Source: Ruditapes philippinarum
Taxonomy: Eukaryota
Assembly: GCF_026571515.1 (NCBI RefSeq)
Contig: NW_026857312.1
Location: forward strand, 1 to 64,000
Reading direction: 5' to 3'
DNA length: 64,000 bases
The notes under the pieces: model-generated
What the model saw: the letters and a program-made list of their open reading frames with translations, nothing else
Databases searched by the model: none
What the model was told of the DNA's origin: nothing
Shown here: positions 1 to 13,858 of the stretch, piece after piece
How the letters are laid out: each line of letters begins with the position of its first letter
Numbering within the stretch: the first letter of the stretch is position 1
Translations under genes and position numbers: made by a program

Positions 1-61
1 AAAATTACCATTATTATTAATTTTTATAGATGAAAATTAAAATATTTTTTTTACTGACTCA

Positions 62-862
62 TTAGTGAACAGTGAAGACCATGAAAGACTCAGTCGCCAA
101 AATTAGCTGAACAGTGAAGACCATGAAAGACTCAGTCGCCCAAACTGGCAGAACAGTGAAGACCATGAAAGACTCAGTCGCCCAAACTAGCTGAACAGTG
201 AAGACCATGAAAGACTCAGTCGCCCAAACTAGCTGAACAGTGAAGACCATGAAAGACTCAGTTGCCCAAACTAGCTGAACAGTGAAGACCATGAAAGACT
301 CAGTCGCCCAAACTAGCTGAACAGTGAAGACCATGAAAGACTCAGTTGCCCAAAATAGCTGAACAGTGAAGACCATGAAAGACTCAGTCGCCCAAACTAG
401 CTGAACAGTGAAGACCATGAAAGACGCAGTTGCCCAAACTAGCTGAACAGTGAAGACCATGAAAGACTCAGTCGCCCAAACTAGCTGAACAGTGAAGACC
501 ATGAAAGACTCAGTTGCCCAAAATAGGTGAACAGTGAAGACTATGAAAGACTCAGTCGACCAAACTGGCAAAACAGTGAAACCATGAAAGACTCAGTTGT
601 CCAAACTAGCTGAACAGTGAAGACCATGAAAGACTCAGTTGCCCAAAATAGCTGAACAGTGAAGACCATGACAGACTCAGTCGCCCAAACTAGCTGAACA
701 GTGAAGACCATGAAAGACTCAGTCCACCAAACTGGCAGAACAGTGAAGACCATGAAAGACTCAGTCGCCCAAACTAGCTGAACAGTGAAGACCATGAAAG
801 ACTCAGTTGCCCAAAATAGCTGAACAGTGAAGACCATGAAAGACTCAGTCGCCCAAACTAGC
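62..862. repeat. 42-bp minisatellite, about 19 copies (ctgaacagtgaagaccatgaaagactcagtcgcccaaactag), just downstream of ZFYVE21 exon 6
   Basis: Tandem unit is directly visible; it explains the 14-aa periodic ORFs 62..571 and 541..837. Confidence 0.95.
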
Positions 863-942
863 TTAGAGTTAAATGCTAAATTCTAGTCCTTTTTTACAAA
901 TTCAAAGAGATCAGAGATTACATATCAACAGAAATGTAGTAC

Positions 943-1070
943 CTTCTGCATACTGGCCACCCAGCATTGTCCCTGCCGCTTGTTCTGACCAGCTACAACC
1001 ATCTTGACTAGCTGCATTTCTCCACAACTGTCCTTATATTTCATAGCAAGACCACTGGCCAGTGGGTTAC
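943..1070 (-). CDS. ZFYVE21: ZFYVE21 coding exon 6 (GNPLASGLAMKYKDSCGEMQLVKMVVAGQNKRQGQCWVASMQK), end of PH-like domain
   Basis: AG acceptor at 1072-1071, GT donor at 942-941, phase-compatible with exon 5; resembles the vertebrate ZFYVE21 segment GNARATGMFLQY...QAVAWLVAMHK. The terminal exon is not in the window (or read-through gives VLHFC*). Confidence 0.88.
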
Positions 1071-2683
1071 CTATACATAATGTAAAAAATTTATGTGAGC
1101 TAATACAATACAAGATTATCTTTTAATTAAATAATATTTTCATGGTACATGTATAATTTGATGAAATCTCAAATTTGGACACGGATGCCCCAACTATATA
1201 ATATGGCACAAATGTTGTGTGACGGACATTATATTGTATGTCAATGCATTGAAAATTTACCGAACTTGAACTTCAGTCAGGGCCAAAAAACCCTTCTTTG
1301 TAGAGGCTGAATATAGGCTGCTTCCCCAACCAAACTAGCCTTTTTTTCCCCAGTTTGGTCCTCAAAATTCCCCAGTCTTTTGAAATTTCCCATAGAATTT
1401 AGAACAAAATTAAATGATGGTGTTGAACTAAGGTCTTTTACTGCCTTATTAGTATTTCCCAGTGCTTTTTGCTTTTCTATCTTAAAGAACTCAATGTTAA
1501 AATTTTGTGTTAAATTTGAGACCCCTTTTCCCAAAGTATGCCAAAATCACGCATATTTTCCCCAAGAAAAAGGCTGACGCCCCTTCCCCAAAAATGGTGT
1601 TTTGTGTCATTATACAAGTTTAGGAATCACCTACCCTTTAAACTATCGAATATGAAAACATGTAATATTTACACATTTTCGCAAAATTAAAAGGCCTTAC
1701 TATATAAAATTCAAAGAATGTTGTGTTTTCTTTTTTGAAGTATAGGTAAGTGTTTCTTAGAAAGCGTATTCAAAATTTAATTGGTCAAGAACTGTGCAGC
1801 CATTTGACCAATTTAAAATATCAAATGTTAACTAATATATTAAACACTAACCAATAAGTATTTGAAATTATTTTTTTTTTAAACGGACTATTAACTAGGC
1901 TAATTAAATTTAACCAAATTATCAAAGTAAATGTGTAATGATTTACTTTAAACACTGCAATTCTATTGGACAAAAAATAATTTTAAACACTGATGATATT
2001 TATATACATTTACTTGTAAAACCCTTTCCATTCTTTTATAAAAAAAAAAAACCAACTAATTTCAAAATGTTTCCACTGAATTCACACAAACAATTTAAAA
2101 TTTTACAAAATCCTATCAATATATTACAATTATCTAAACTTTTATAAACAATGGGAAACAAACATAGGTAAAAAGAAAACCATCTTGCTTATGTCAGCAT
2201 GCAACAAGTGGTAATTGAACAATCAGTGGAAATAATTACACAACACAAGGTAAGCGAGAGAAAAAAAAATCTTATTATTTCCTATGTTTATTCAGAATGT
2301 CGAAAATACAAATTATTTATACTACAGTGTCCTGTTTTTCTATAAAAAGGTTTTAAACTGATTATCGGCAGTAAATTTGTAAATTTTTGATAACAGTTAA
2401 ACAAATTCTCTCAGTTCTTGAAAGTAAAACAAGAGCCTGGATAACGTTGAATTTTTAAGTGTGAAAGTTTAAAAAGGGCCATAATTCTGTCAAAATTAAT
2501 GTTAGAGTTATGGGTTTTGATCAGTGACTTCCAATTATAAATGTGAGAAGTTTCATCCCATTCTCCTCAGTAGTTTTTGATATACCAACTTGTACACACA
2601 AACTTAACCATAGTGAGACAGAGAGTACATAATGAGTGCAATACATGTAACTTGCCTGTTTCTTTGAAAAAGATGAACTATAT

Positions 2684-4118
2684 AACAAGAGGGCCATGAT
2701 GGCCCTGAGGTCGCTCACCTGTATATAGGCCCCCACCCCCCCCCCCACAACGTTGCAGGGCCAATTTTAACCCAAGGGCTTTTATTTGCACAAACTTGGT
2801 AGACACCCATAAGAAGATGTTTCATGCTAAACATCTAAGCTCTAGCTCATTGGGCTTTTTAAAAGAAGATTTTTTCTTAAGTTTTTACTATACACATATA
2901 GTTAAAAACAATGACACACCTGGGGCGGGGCCAATTTTTGACCCCAGGCTTTTATTTGAACAAACTTGGTAGACACTTATTAGAACATGTTTCATGCTAA
3001 ATATCTTAGCTCTAGCTCTTTGGGTACTTTAAAAGAAGACTTTTTTAAGTTTTTACTATATGCATATAGGGAAAATCAATGACCCCCGGGGCGGGGCCAA
3101 TTTCGACCCCAGGGCTTTTATTTGAACAAACTTGGTAGACACCCATTAGAACATGTTTCATGCTAAATATCTTGGCTCTAGCTTTTTGGGTTTTTTAAAA
3201 GAAGACTTTTTAAGTTTTTACTATATGCATATAGGTAAAATCAATGACCCCCTGGGGCGGGGCCAATTTTGACCCCAGGGCTTTTATTTGAACAAACTTG
3301 GTAGACACTTATTAGAACATGTTTCATGCTAAATATCTTTGCTCTAACTCTTTGGGTTCTTTAAAAGAAGACTTTTTAAGTTTTTACTATATGCATATAG
3401 GGAAAATCAATGACCCCCTGGGGCGGGGCCAATTTTGACCCCAGGGCTTTTATTTGAACAAATTTGGTAGACACCTATTAGAACATGTTTGATGCTCAAT
3501 ATCTTAGCAATAGCTCTTTGAGTTCTTTAAAAGAAGATTTTTTAAGTTTTTACTATATGCATATAGGGAAAATCAATGACCCCCCCGGGCGGGGCCAATT
3601 TTGACCCCAGGGCTTTTATTTGAACAAACTTGGTAGACACCCATTAGAACATGTTTCATGCTAAATATCTTAGCTCTAGCTCTTTGGGTTCTTTAAAAGA
3701 AGATTTTTTTAGTTTTTACTATATGCATATAGGGAAAATCAATGACCCCCTGGGGCGGGGCCAATTTTGACCCCAGGGCTTTTATTTGAACAAACTTGGT
3801 AGACACTCACTAGAAGATGTTTCATGCCAAATATCTAAGCTCTAGCTCTTATGGTTTTTTAAAAGAAGATATTTAAAGTTTTTTCTTTCGGTTGCCATGG
3901 CAACCAGAGTTCTGCATGGAATTAAATTCTTTGAACAATTTTTAAAGGTGACTACCAAAGGAACATTCCTGTGAAGTTTGGATGAAATTGGCTTAGTGGT
4001 TTATGAGGAGATGTCATTTAAAGTAAAAGTTTACGGACGGACGACGGACGGACGGATGGACGCCGGACGAAAAGCGATCACAAAAGCTCACCCTGTCACT
4101 TTGTGACAGGTGAGCTAA
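2684..4118 (-). mobile_element. Non-autonomous Helentron-like element (HINE/pearl type) with about 7 internal 166-bp tandem repeats
   Basis: SubTIR gctcacctg/caggtgagc, terminal palindrome agagggccatgatggccct, hairpin gctcaccctgtcac-ttt-gtgacaggtgagc, (GACG)n microsatellite, and an exact 166-bp period (ccaattt at 2931, 3097, 3263, 3429, 3595, 3761). Confidence 0.85.
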
Positions 4119-4635
4119 AAATCATGCTAAAATCGACAACAAATTCTTACTGCCTAAAGTGAAAGAGAACTTCAAATTCAAACAACTTAAAAAGTGCACA
4201 GCATCTACAGTACATTATATGCTTGGAATTCTATAAACTTAGGTCTGGCCCAATTAAAATCAGTTTGAAATATTTGATCAATTTAGGCATGGCTATTTCA
4301 ATCTTAGCTACAATAAGACTGAATAACCATTAACTTACGCACAACTAAATTATAATAATTTTAAAATTCAATAGACTTGCAAATAAAGGTTTAAATAATC
4401 TAATTTTTACTATGAAAATGAACTTGATACAAGATAATTAGGCATAGTCCAGCAATATTTTAATTCCAAAAATAATGTTGGAAAAAAACGCTAAAATACC
4501 TATATTTGTTTTGAAATACAATTAACTTAACATACTTAAATACTATCATTTTAGACATGGCCATTTCAATCTTTGTATTAATCCAATGAATGGTAACATG
4601 AACTTGAAATATATCCATCAACTTTGAACATGTCT

Positions 4636-4745
4636 ACCATTGTTTCCTTGAGCAAGAAACCTTATGCTCATTGCTTAGTACTGGTTGGTTCCAGGAAATG
4701 ATTTCAGAGTGTTTCAATAAGTTTATAGCTTCCAATTAACACTAT
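4636..4745 (+). mobile_element. SINE fragment with CORE-like central domain
   Basis: ttgtttccttgagcaagaaacc...cattgcttagtactggttggttccaggaa matches the longer copy at 9350-9545. Confidence 0.55.
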
Positions 4746-7700
4746 GGAAATAACACAAATTCATATGAACTAACTAAAACAAATTCTAATACTTTTAAAA
4801 TTGTAATGGCTAGAAAAAAGGTTGAAGAATTACCAACTGCAACTACAAATTGTATAGAATTCAGGTAATCAAAAACTGGTATCAGTCATTCATGACTGAC
4901 AAATTTCCTACAATGCATTGCTTCATTATATAATGCTTTTATTAAATTATTTAACTTTAAAAATCACAACATCCATATACATGTAATACTGGAAAGAAAA
5001 CAACAGAAGTAGGGTGCACACACACACAAACTACAATATACAGGAAGATGAAAACACAACAAAATTATACCATCTATTTTATCAGCATTACATTTCAATT
5101 ACCAAACCTGTTTTTTCTCACTGATGATAATATTTAATGATGATAATCTTTTTAAATAAATCTTTAAATCCCTTTTTGCTTTAATGAGATAAATGTGTCG
5201 GTGTTAATTGAAATTTAATGCTGATTACATAAACAACATAAGGGCTTATCATGCAAAACTGTTGTATTTCAGTTAGAACTTCAAGCAGAAATACAGCAGT
5301 GTTGCCATGAGCCCTCGTAATGTACTATGTGAACTATAAAAGTCCTACTTGGAGATATGATAATCATGTCATCCAAATCCTCTGTGTAAGGCAAGTTTTA
5401 AACAAGAGAAAAAAAGATAAAGTACATGACATAATGCTTATTTTTTCATTGTCAAGTTGAGCTGAATTTACTATACATTTCAAATGATTGACTATTATAA
5501 TGGTGTTTGACCAACAGTTGTTGGAAAATGTTAAGGATAAAATATAATATGCTTAAAATATAAATAGACTCTTTTTTTTATAAATTTAATGTTACAGGTA
5601 ATTTTCGATGGATATTTTTAGAATGTTCCTTAGGCCATGCGAGTTATTCATCCTTCATGCGAAATAAATTATAAAATTGAAAGGAATAATGGCAACATCA
5701 TGTAAACTTATTTTGACTTTCACCACTTCACTCACTATAAACCCTTGGTTGGGCATAATGTCACTTTTAGATGCAAATACCATATTTTCATATACAAAAT
5801 ACTTTACAAATTAAAGATCTGTAACACATTTCATGCAAAAACTGGCAGCTACATGTATATATTTGTAAATACAAACTATATAATATTATACATTAAATAA
5901 AGTTATTATCTCTATTTCTTCTGAACCCTTAGTCTGCTGGCTGCAAGTCATGTGCGACCCTGGTCCTCCACTCTCACCTTCTGACTGGATGTGATAGTTT
6001 TATTTTTTTCTATCAACAACCACAAACAGTATCCTAAGTCATAGTGAATTTGGCAAGAAAATTACCATGTAAATGGGATTGGCTGCTCTAAAGATCAAAG
6101 TTCCCAATTTGGGTTGAGGCCTTAAATTGTAAATAACTTATACAATAATGCTCTTTTAAAACATTATAAGGTATTGTTGATCCCTCTCAAAAAATTATGA
6201 ACTTTAAACCAGCAAAATAAAAAGATAGAAATTCGTCACATCTTTAATCATTTTATTTCATTAGTCTTACGCTGCTGTATGCTGAATAAAAAACTTAAAC
6301 TGCTTGCAAATAACCAAACAATTAATTCTAGAAATTTGATAGTATCAACAAAACAATCTGTAATGCTATTTATTTAATAATATTTCCATCAATTAACCAA
6401 ACACTGCAATCATCATCATCATATAGTATTACATCGGAACAATAAGTGCCAATTCAACAAGCTGCATTATTTCAAACTATAATTGCCGATTCAACAAACT
6501 GCATTATTTCAAACAAGACAATCAGCAATGCAAATACAGACTGTACAAACAAAATGTCTAGAAAATATAGGAAAAATATACCACAGTCTGCTCACACATG
6601 AGACATTAACCTATAAACCAAACAAATACATTTCGTAGAAGAACGTCGGAAGAATCTAATTTCTCCACAAACATTGTCAAACGGTACTAGCACTTAACCA
6701 ACTATATTATGTCTAAATAAAATAAAGATTTCCCAAATGAATTGGCTAATAGAATGAAAACTGTACGCAGAAAATTGTAGTATTGATCGGGGATCACGGC
6801 CGACTGCTAAAGGCGGGACAGAGGGATAAATTCTATTTACTGTCAATTACCCAATGTGTGAGCAATGGAACTGTCAAGTTGACAAGAAAATACTGAACAG
6901 TTTTAAATGAAAACTATTTAAAGGACAATAAGTGAGCCGAAAAAAATCAATAACAGCTTAAATATCAATTTAGATTATTAAACGTTTTGTATAAAGCTGG
7001 ATAAATTATATAAAAACATTAACATCAAATTGAAATTTCATCCCGCACAGATTTCATAAACATCGTGCAATATTAATTGTTAATTGCCGCAAAATCAATT
7101 AAAAACAAATAACTCAAAAATGAAAAGATCTTATTATTTTTCGTCATCATCAGATTGTATTGTTTAATCAAAATGCACTTTCAAACTATAGTCATTATTT
7201 ATCATCAAGATTTGAAAATTTAAGAAACAAATCATTTTGATTTAATGCTGTCTTTTTTTCAAACTAATTAACACATATACCATTTCTGTTTCAAATCTAG
7301 AATCTGCATCTAACTTTCCAAATATCTATTATTTGAACATCATAACTTAAACTTGTTAAAACATAATAATTTATCCTTATATCATTTGATATCAAGAAAT
7401 CCTTGCAAATTGCTTATTTTGTAAGTCTGTTTACAAATTAATTTGCTTATTTTCTTGACAAATATGTTTTATTTCTGCACATTAAATAATTAGATTTAAT
7501 AGTAACAAGTGTTAAAATCTAAAAATAGCACTTTACAGAAAGTTTTCATTGCTGGCAGTATTTCTACGCCAAGTTGGACAAGAAAACTGCTGGGTAAAAA
7601 CGTATTTTATTCATTCATCAATTTTGCTAAGCTGCAAACTTTTAATGTCCAACAGATCTTAATTAAAGAACGTTTTTATGAAAAATGCTGCTTGTGCTAC

Positions 7701-7844
7701 CTATAGTCTGGTGAAATGGACTGGTCCAACGGAATTGTCCATTATAAAAATGTCGGGGATATCAAGTTTAAGTCAGGCATTGGTAAAAGAGTCTGGTGTG
7801 CAGCATAGCCTGATTCTATACTGGTTGTAAAGGCTTATATGTTG

Positions 7845-8108
7845 TTTTTTTGGTTGGGTTTTAAGACACACCAACACAGTATAGGTCATATGGCAACTTT
7901 CCAGCAATACTGAATGGAGGAAGACTTAAAGAGCCATTCCAAATATTATTTCAGGCATAATCGTTAACCTGAGTAGAATCACCAACGTTCTGTAAGCGTA
8001 AGCTGGATAGCTTCCTAAGATGAAAGACTCCAAATTCCTTGTGGGGATTCAGATCCATAGAGGTGAGGTGCAAGTGGTTAGAAATCAATGACATAAACAT
8101 TTCGGCCT
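7845..8108 (-). mobile_element. Degenerate tRNA-derived SINE
   Basis: Reverse strand starts ggccgaaatg (A-box-like) with a later gatctgaatccc (B-box-like) and ends in an (AAAC)-like tail; the body resembles the fragments at 45565, 49025 and 56895. Confidence 0.55.
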
Positions 8109-9349
8109 CTGACACAAAGGCTTAAATCATGTTTAGTACTAACAGATTAGCAGTTAATTAAATATGATGTCACTTAATAATAATACTTTATCAAGAAAAT
8201 CCCAAAACCTATTATTAACAAATTATTACAGGAAAATGAAAAGAAAATAAAACTGTTATTCATTCTCTTTCAACAATGTTTTCATTTTCTCTTGCCTGCA
8301 GAATGATGCAACAAAATTCACAAGTCAAATATTCCCCCAATAGTCCCATTTTGTTTTTTCAATTATTGAGCCAGACTATTTAGTCAAGTATTCTATTTAA
8401 ATGTATAGCTACAACTTGTCAAGTAAAACAAATCAACTTGAGGTTTATAATTTGACTAGACAAATAAATTTAGCAGAAAATAATAAAAGAAACGATCTCA
8501 TTTATTTTAAATTTTCAATATGCAAGATATTTTCTGGCATGGAAATTTAATTTATTCTCCCAAATGCAATAGCAGAATGCATTTGTTACAACAGTATGGA
8601 TGTTTCGATCACTACATACAGAAGTACAAATATTTTATACTAAATCTCAAATGTTTTATTGCATATGGCTGTTGTCCCGACAATGTAATGCCGAGAGTAA
8701 GACCTATTTAATGTAAAGTTAAAACAAAGAAAGAGGAATGATGATGTTGCCCTCATTGGCCACTGTAAAATGACCTACCTTAAAGCTTAAAATCGTTCCC
8801 TTTTACTTGAAATTGAATAAAAGTGTTTTTTTTTTATTTTTGGGGGGAGGTGGGCTCGAAGAAATTTCCATTTGAATATAAAGTTCTTAAACATGTTACA
8901 TTAAATGAGAACTACTCCTATAATTATGTATTACAGGGTTGATGAATAAGCAATTGTTACATATTCAACTTATATTGAATTTCATATGCTTAAAACTAGA
9001 TATAAATTCAAGCTTAAATAGTTAAAATACCAACCATAACAAGGCTTAGAATGCATTATAAATTGTACAAATATAAACAATATAATAAAGGGAGACAATA
9101 AAATATATGTCCATGATTATCCCCCTCTTAACCCTTTACTTGCTGACTTTATGAAATGGTTTTTTCCAGTTTTGAATTTGGAACATTTCCTTCAAGTTTG
9201 AAATGATTTCAACATGAGCATTTTTTTTGTTTTTTGTTAAGTTTTACGGTGCACTAACACAGTTAAGGTCACATGGCACCAGATCAGGAAAGATGAATTG
9301 GGTTAACTTTGGGTGTTTCACACTTAAAGCATCAACACAGGTCAATACC

Positions 9350-9545
9350 ACAGCGTGGCTAAGTGGTTAACGTGTCAGACTAATCTAAGAATGATTGGTG
9401 GTGTAGGTTTAAATCCTGTCAGGGACAAGCTGTTGTTTCTGTTGAGCAAAAAACATTACACTCATTGCTTATTACGGGTTGGTTCCAGGAACGGAATTGA
9501 GAGTGTTTCAATAAGCTAATAGCTTCCTATACAATCAAACTAAAA
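9350..9545 (+). mobile_element. tRNA-derived SINE with CORE-like domain
   Basis: A-box gtggctaagtgg and B-box ggtttaaatcc, followed by gttgagcaaaaaacattacactcattgctta...ggttggttccaggaacgg. Confidence 0.6.
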
Positions 9546-11815
9546 TCAATTACTAATGCATAAACAAAAACAACCTAATCTGCTGGAGCTAATAGATACA
9601 ATGTACATAGACTTCAGTGATTCAAACCCATTTAGAACTTTGACTCTTACGATCATGCAGGGATAAATGGTGGCTGCAATTCTGATGCCTCAACCCTTAA
9701 AAGCAACCCCTTAGCCAGAAGGGGATAAACATGATCACCAAAATACAAAAATTAAGCTACCTATAGTATAAAGCCTGATGATGCCAGACTGCAGGGGTGA
9801 GCAGGCTGACCTGGCTAAATACTGGTGGCAAATGTTAATGTCTTTCCGTTCCTGCAGATTAAAGCTTAAGCTTTACCTAACATGCTCTGGCAACGTCTAT
9901 AATTACATACATATACATCGATATAAATCTGAAGGCAAATTGGGACTCGGATTTCACAGTTTTGCTTGTAATTAAGACAGTGAGCCGCTTATTTCAGACT
10001 TAATTCATAATAAATTGTGTTGTGGCATAAAATAGTGTCGCATATGATAGGGAGTCGTTTAATTCGGGGGTCATTAAGGTACTCTCCACATGTACATGGA
10101 TATTAATCTGATTTTCCATATAACATGCTGCTAATAATGTTCCATAACTTATTACAACTCTGTTTACACTCTGTATAAACATATGAATGGGGGAGGGAGG
10201 GAGGGGGGGGGGGGGGGGAGAAGAGTTGTTTGTAATACCAATTCTTCACCACCCATCAAAGTTTTTAACAGATTTGATTAATTAGTGAACACTTCATTCA
10301 AAGAATATGGTAATGATATTGAAAGGGAATTTACACTGCACAAAATCAAAAAGATGGTTGCTACTTGGTCTTAATGATAACTTACATATCAAAAGTAAAT
10401 CTCCTTAGAAAAATCCTCAAATAAGAGCATTAACACATTAAGTATAACTAATTCATAACAATACAAAGCCAATTTTCTAAAAGAAAGTAGTGGAAAAAAA
10501 ACAGCCTCTATAAAAATCAGGCAGCTATGACACCTTTGAAATTCACTGAACCCGAACACACACTATGGACATCTTCACTTAATACTAAATAGAGACTAAT
10601 ACTAACAAGTTCTACGACACTCCCATCAAAATCTGTTCCATAGAAATCCTAAAAAACAATATACATATCATTTCTTCTCAGAATATGCATGTCTAAAGAT
10701 GGCATGGGGCAGTTTAAGACACTAAAGGTGGATAAACAATGACTTCCAACTTCTATGTAACACTTTTTATGACCTCCAACACTCCATCATTTTTTATCAT
10801 TCTGAAGATCTATTTTTTGTTGTGATTTTTAACATGTTCACAGGTCATCACTCACATACATTTGTAGCATTGTGCTATTTAAAGGGGGTGTAGGGCTAGG
10901 GGGTGTTAGTAACTCAAAAGAACGGATATAGATCGTAAGCAGGACCTTATTGTTACAGGCTATGATGACGTAATGATATCCTATAGATCCTATAGACAGC
11001 TTATGGTGTGTTGTCACTTATGTTTGTTTACTATCAATTATGTTTATGTGTTCTTGAGGCAAAATTAAGTGTATGCAGAATCCCAGCCTAAAAATCGACG
11101 TGTCCAGCAGCAATAAAACATGCATACCAGAACATGGAACATGCCTCACCAAGAAACCCTGGCAGGTTGTTCAACACCAACCTGTAATTCACATACAGTG
11201 ATTTTTTTACAATCTCATTAGTGTGGGTCCTAGGACTCGCTGGGCTATAAATCTATGAGTCCCAAAATTTAGCCAAGTTACAAGGCTTAATATTGCTTTA
11301 GTGATATGAAATGTATAATTATTAACAATAGAAAGGAGAAAAAAATGAATTTGATTTCTACATTAACAAGCATTTGATAGTATTGCGGGCAATACAGTAG
11401 TCCCCTACCGGTCCCTCAAAAAGTTCTTTAATTGTCATACACTCCTGTGTATTGCCATTTATAATGAATTTGAGGATGAAGTCAGTCTGTATTTGAAAAT
11501 ATCAACCACAAAACATAATAAAATAAGTTTGTCTATATCACAGTAATGTGTTAAGTTTCCATGCTTAGTAAGGAAATTATGTTTATACAACCTTGTCATA
11601 TTATTACGATGTGGGATTTTAAAGTAAATCCTATAAGGAATGAAGAAGTTGGAGTGAAAATACCAGTTTCTCGAAAAAAATCTAAGTTCAAGGGGGACAT
11701 AATTCTGGAAATAGTCTTGCTAGAGTATTTAACCTTCTCAAAAATGTCGAGTGATAATAAGAAACATATATATGAAGTTTGAAGTAGATACATTAGGAAA
11801 TAAAGAAGTTATTTA

Positions 11816-13858
11816 AACAAGAGCTGTCCGTAAGACAGCGCGCTCGACTTTTTTATTGCTTGCCAATAAAAAAAGTTTTTGCAGTAAAAGGCAATACAAG
11901 AATCTCTGTATTTTTAAAGTGAACAATGGCCATGAGCATTAAGATATTTAGTGAAGAATTATTTTACTGAATTGTGTGATACCCTTGAACACTGCAGCAA
12001 AGTTTGAAATGTTTAAGTCAAAAGAGGGCTGGTAAGAAAGAAAAAAAAACTGAGTTGAGCCTTAAATAAATTTAATACAGTCGACTCTCGTTATCTCGAA
12101 GTCATTGGGACCGTCCAAAAAATATCGAGATAACGAAATGTCGAGATAAACATATTAGGGTTAGAAGAAGGCGAAACTGATTTTTACATAAGACATGTGC
12201 ATACCTTATGTCAAATAAACTATAGTATCCCAATGTCTTGTTTTCATAGGCCTAGTCAATATTTAACAAAGTAACATAAGCGGATGTTTACCAGCGGAAA
12301 TACGGGTGTCTGTGTTAAAAACACATAGTGAGGTTTACTCAATAATACACCAATATAGTGAATAGGATATCGGATATGGTTGGCCCGGATATCTTCCCGG
12401 GTTATTTATCGGGTCTTTCTCGAGATTGTTCCAACGCTGATTGATTTGGTGGTGATGTTGTGAAACAATATTGCAACGATAGCGTTTCTATACTTGAACT
12501 ATTTCATTTACATTTAAAGTCATAATGAATTGATACAGTTTTCGAATATTTAAAAAGAATGTAAAATTCACTCATTTTGGACATAACTCAATCAACACGC
12601 TAAATATATTAACTTTTATAAAAAACAGCTAAACTTGTTACAAACATAATCGTCATTATGACGCGCGCTATTAATTGGGCAATTATTGTCTAGATTGCGT
12701 TTTTCACACGTCTGAAAGGAACAGACGAAGTCGAGATAAACAAAGGATAATAGTGTGAAAATAACTGTTGGGGCTGAAGTTTTACATCGAGATACTGAAA
12801 ATATCGAAATGAAAATATCGAGATAAACAAATATTTCCAATATAGATAAAGAAGGAAGAATATCGGGACTTTCAAAATTTCATCGAGATAACGAAATATC
12901 GAGAAAAGCGATGTCGAGATAACGATAGTTGACTGTAGTATTAAACCCACTTTGAGAGAATAAGGTATTTTTACGTCACTCAGAACACCTTGGTAAATGA
13001 CATAATAACATAATTTTTCAAGAAATCTATGCCAAGGAAGCAGTATATTTTTGTACAATCAGCATAATATATAGATTTGAATTTTTTTAGATTTTTTAAG
13101 TTTTTTAGTGCTTGCCTATAATACAAAACATTGACAGTTAAGGGCCATAATTCAAATAAAATCTTTGACAGAATTACCTTCTCCTGGACATGTTTGGGAA
13201 TCATGATTGTAAACAAGTATTCCAACTTTCAAATTAATATCTCAAACAGTTCAGTCAAAAAGTGGACTGGTACTAAAAACTTAACCAAGATTCTAAGTCG
13301 ATAAAAGGCCTTAATTTTTTAAAACAAATCCTTGACAGAGTTACCTTCTCTTGCGTACAGATGGGGGTAATGATGTGAAATAGCATTAAAAGTTTCAAAG
13401 CAATATCTCAAAGGGTTAAGGCAATAAGTGGATTTTACCCATATTCAATGTATTTTCTAAGTCAAAAAGGGGCATAATTCTGTCAAAAACCTTGACAGAG
13501 TTATGTCCTCTTGTCTGTTGATGAAGGTCGTGATGGTAAACAAGTATGGTCAGTTTCGAAGCAATACCTCCAATGGTTTTGAAATAAAGTGAGGTGGTAC
13601 AAAAAACTTAACCAAGCTCAATACACTTTCTAAGTCAAAAAAGGGCCATAATTCTGTCAAAAACCTTGACAGAGTTATGTACTCTTGTCTGTAGATGGAG
13701 GTTATGATGGTGAACAAGTATGGTAAGTTTCAAAGCCATACTTGTAATACTTCTGAAATAAAGTGGGGTGGTACGAAAAACTTAACCAAGGTGTGACGCC
13801 GACGCCGACGCCGGGGCGAGTAGGATAGCTCCCCTTTTCATAGAAAAGTCGAGCTAAA
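11816..13858 (-). mobile_element. Second Helentron-like element nested inside the first
   Basis: Starts aacaagagctgtccgtaagacagcgcgctcgact and ends gacgccgacgcc...aaaagtcgagctaaaa; the outer element's repeat unit continues across the insertion point. Confidence 0.75.
12078..12935. mobile_element. Tc1/mariner (pogo-like) MITE, 858 bp
   Basis: TIR cagtcgactctcgttatctcga vs tcgagataacgatagttgactg (20/22 match), TA at both flanks, repeated tcgagataa subterminal motifs. Confidence 0.85.

Noticed and set aside
62-837. 14-aa periodic hydrophobic ORFs (ATESFMVFTVQLVW)n on the ZFYVE21 strand; a weak AAG acceptor near 863 would be in frame with exon 6
   Set aside because: Explained by a 42-bp minisatellite; it is frameshifted near 580, the acceptor is poor, and there is no similarity to the ZFYVE21 C-terminus.
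62-862. CRISPR-like appearance of regular repeats
   Set aside because: No unique spacers, no cas genes, eukaryotic context.
11171-11181. Possible alternative terminal exon of ZFYVE21 (ag|GTTGGTGTTGA giving GWC*) followed by a long AT-rich tract
   Set aside because: No polypyrimidine tract; such a match is expected by chance in a 14-kb intron.
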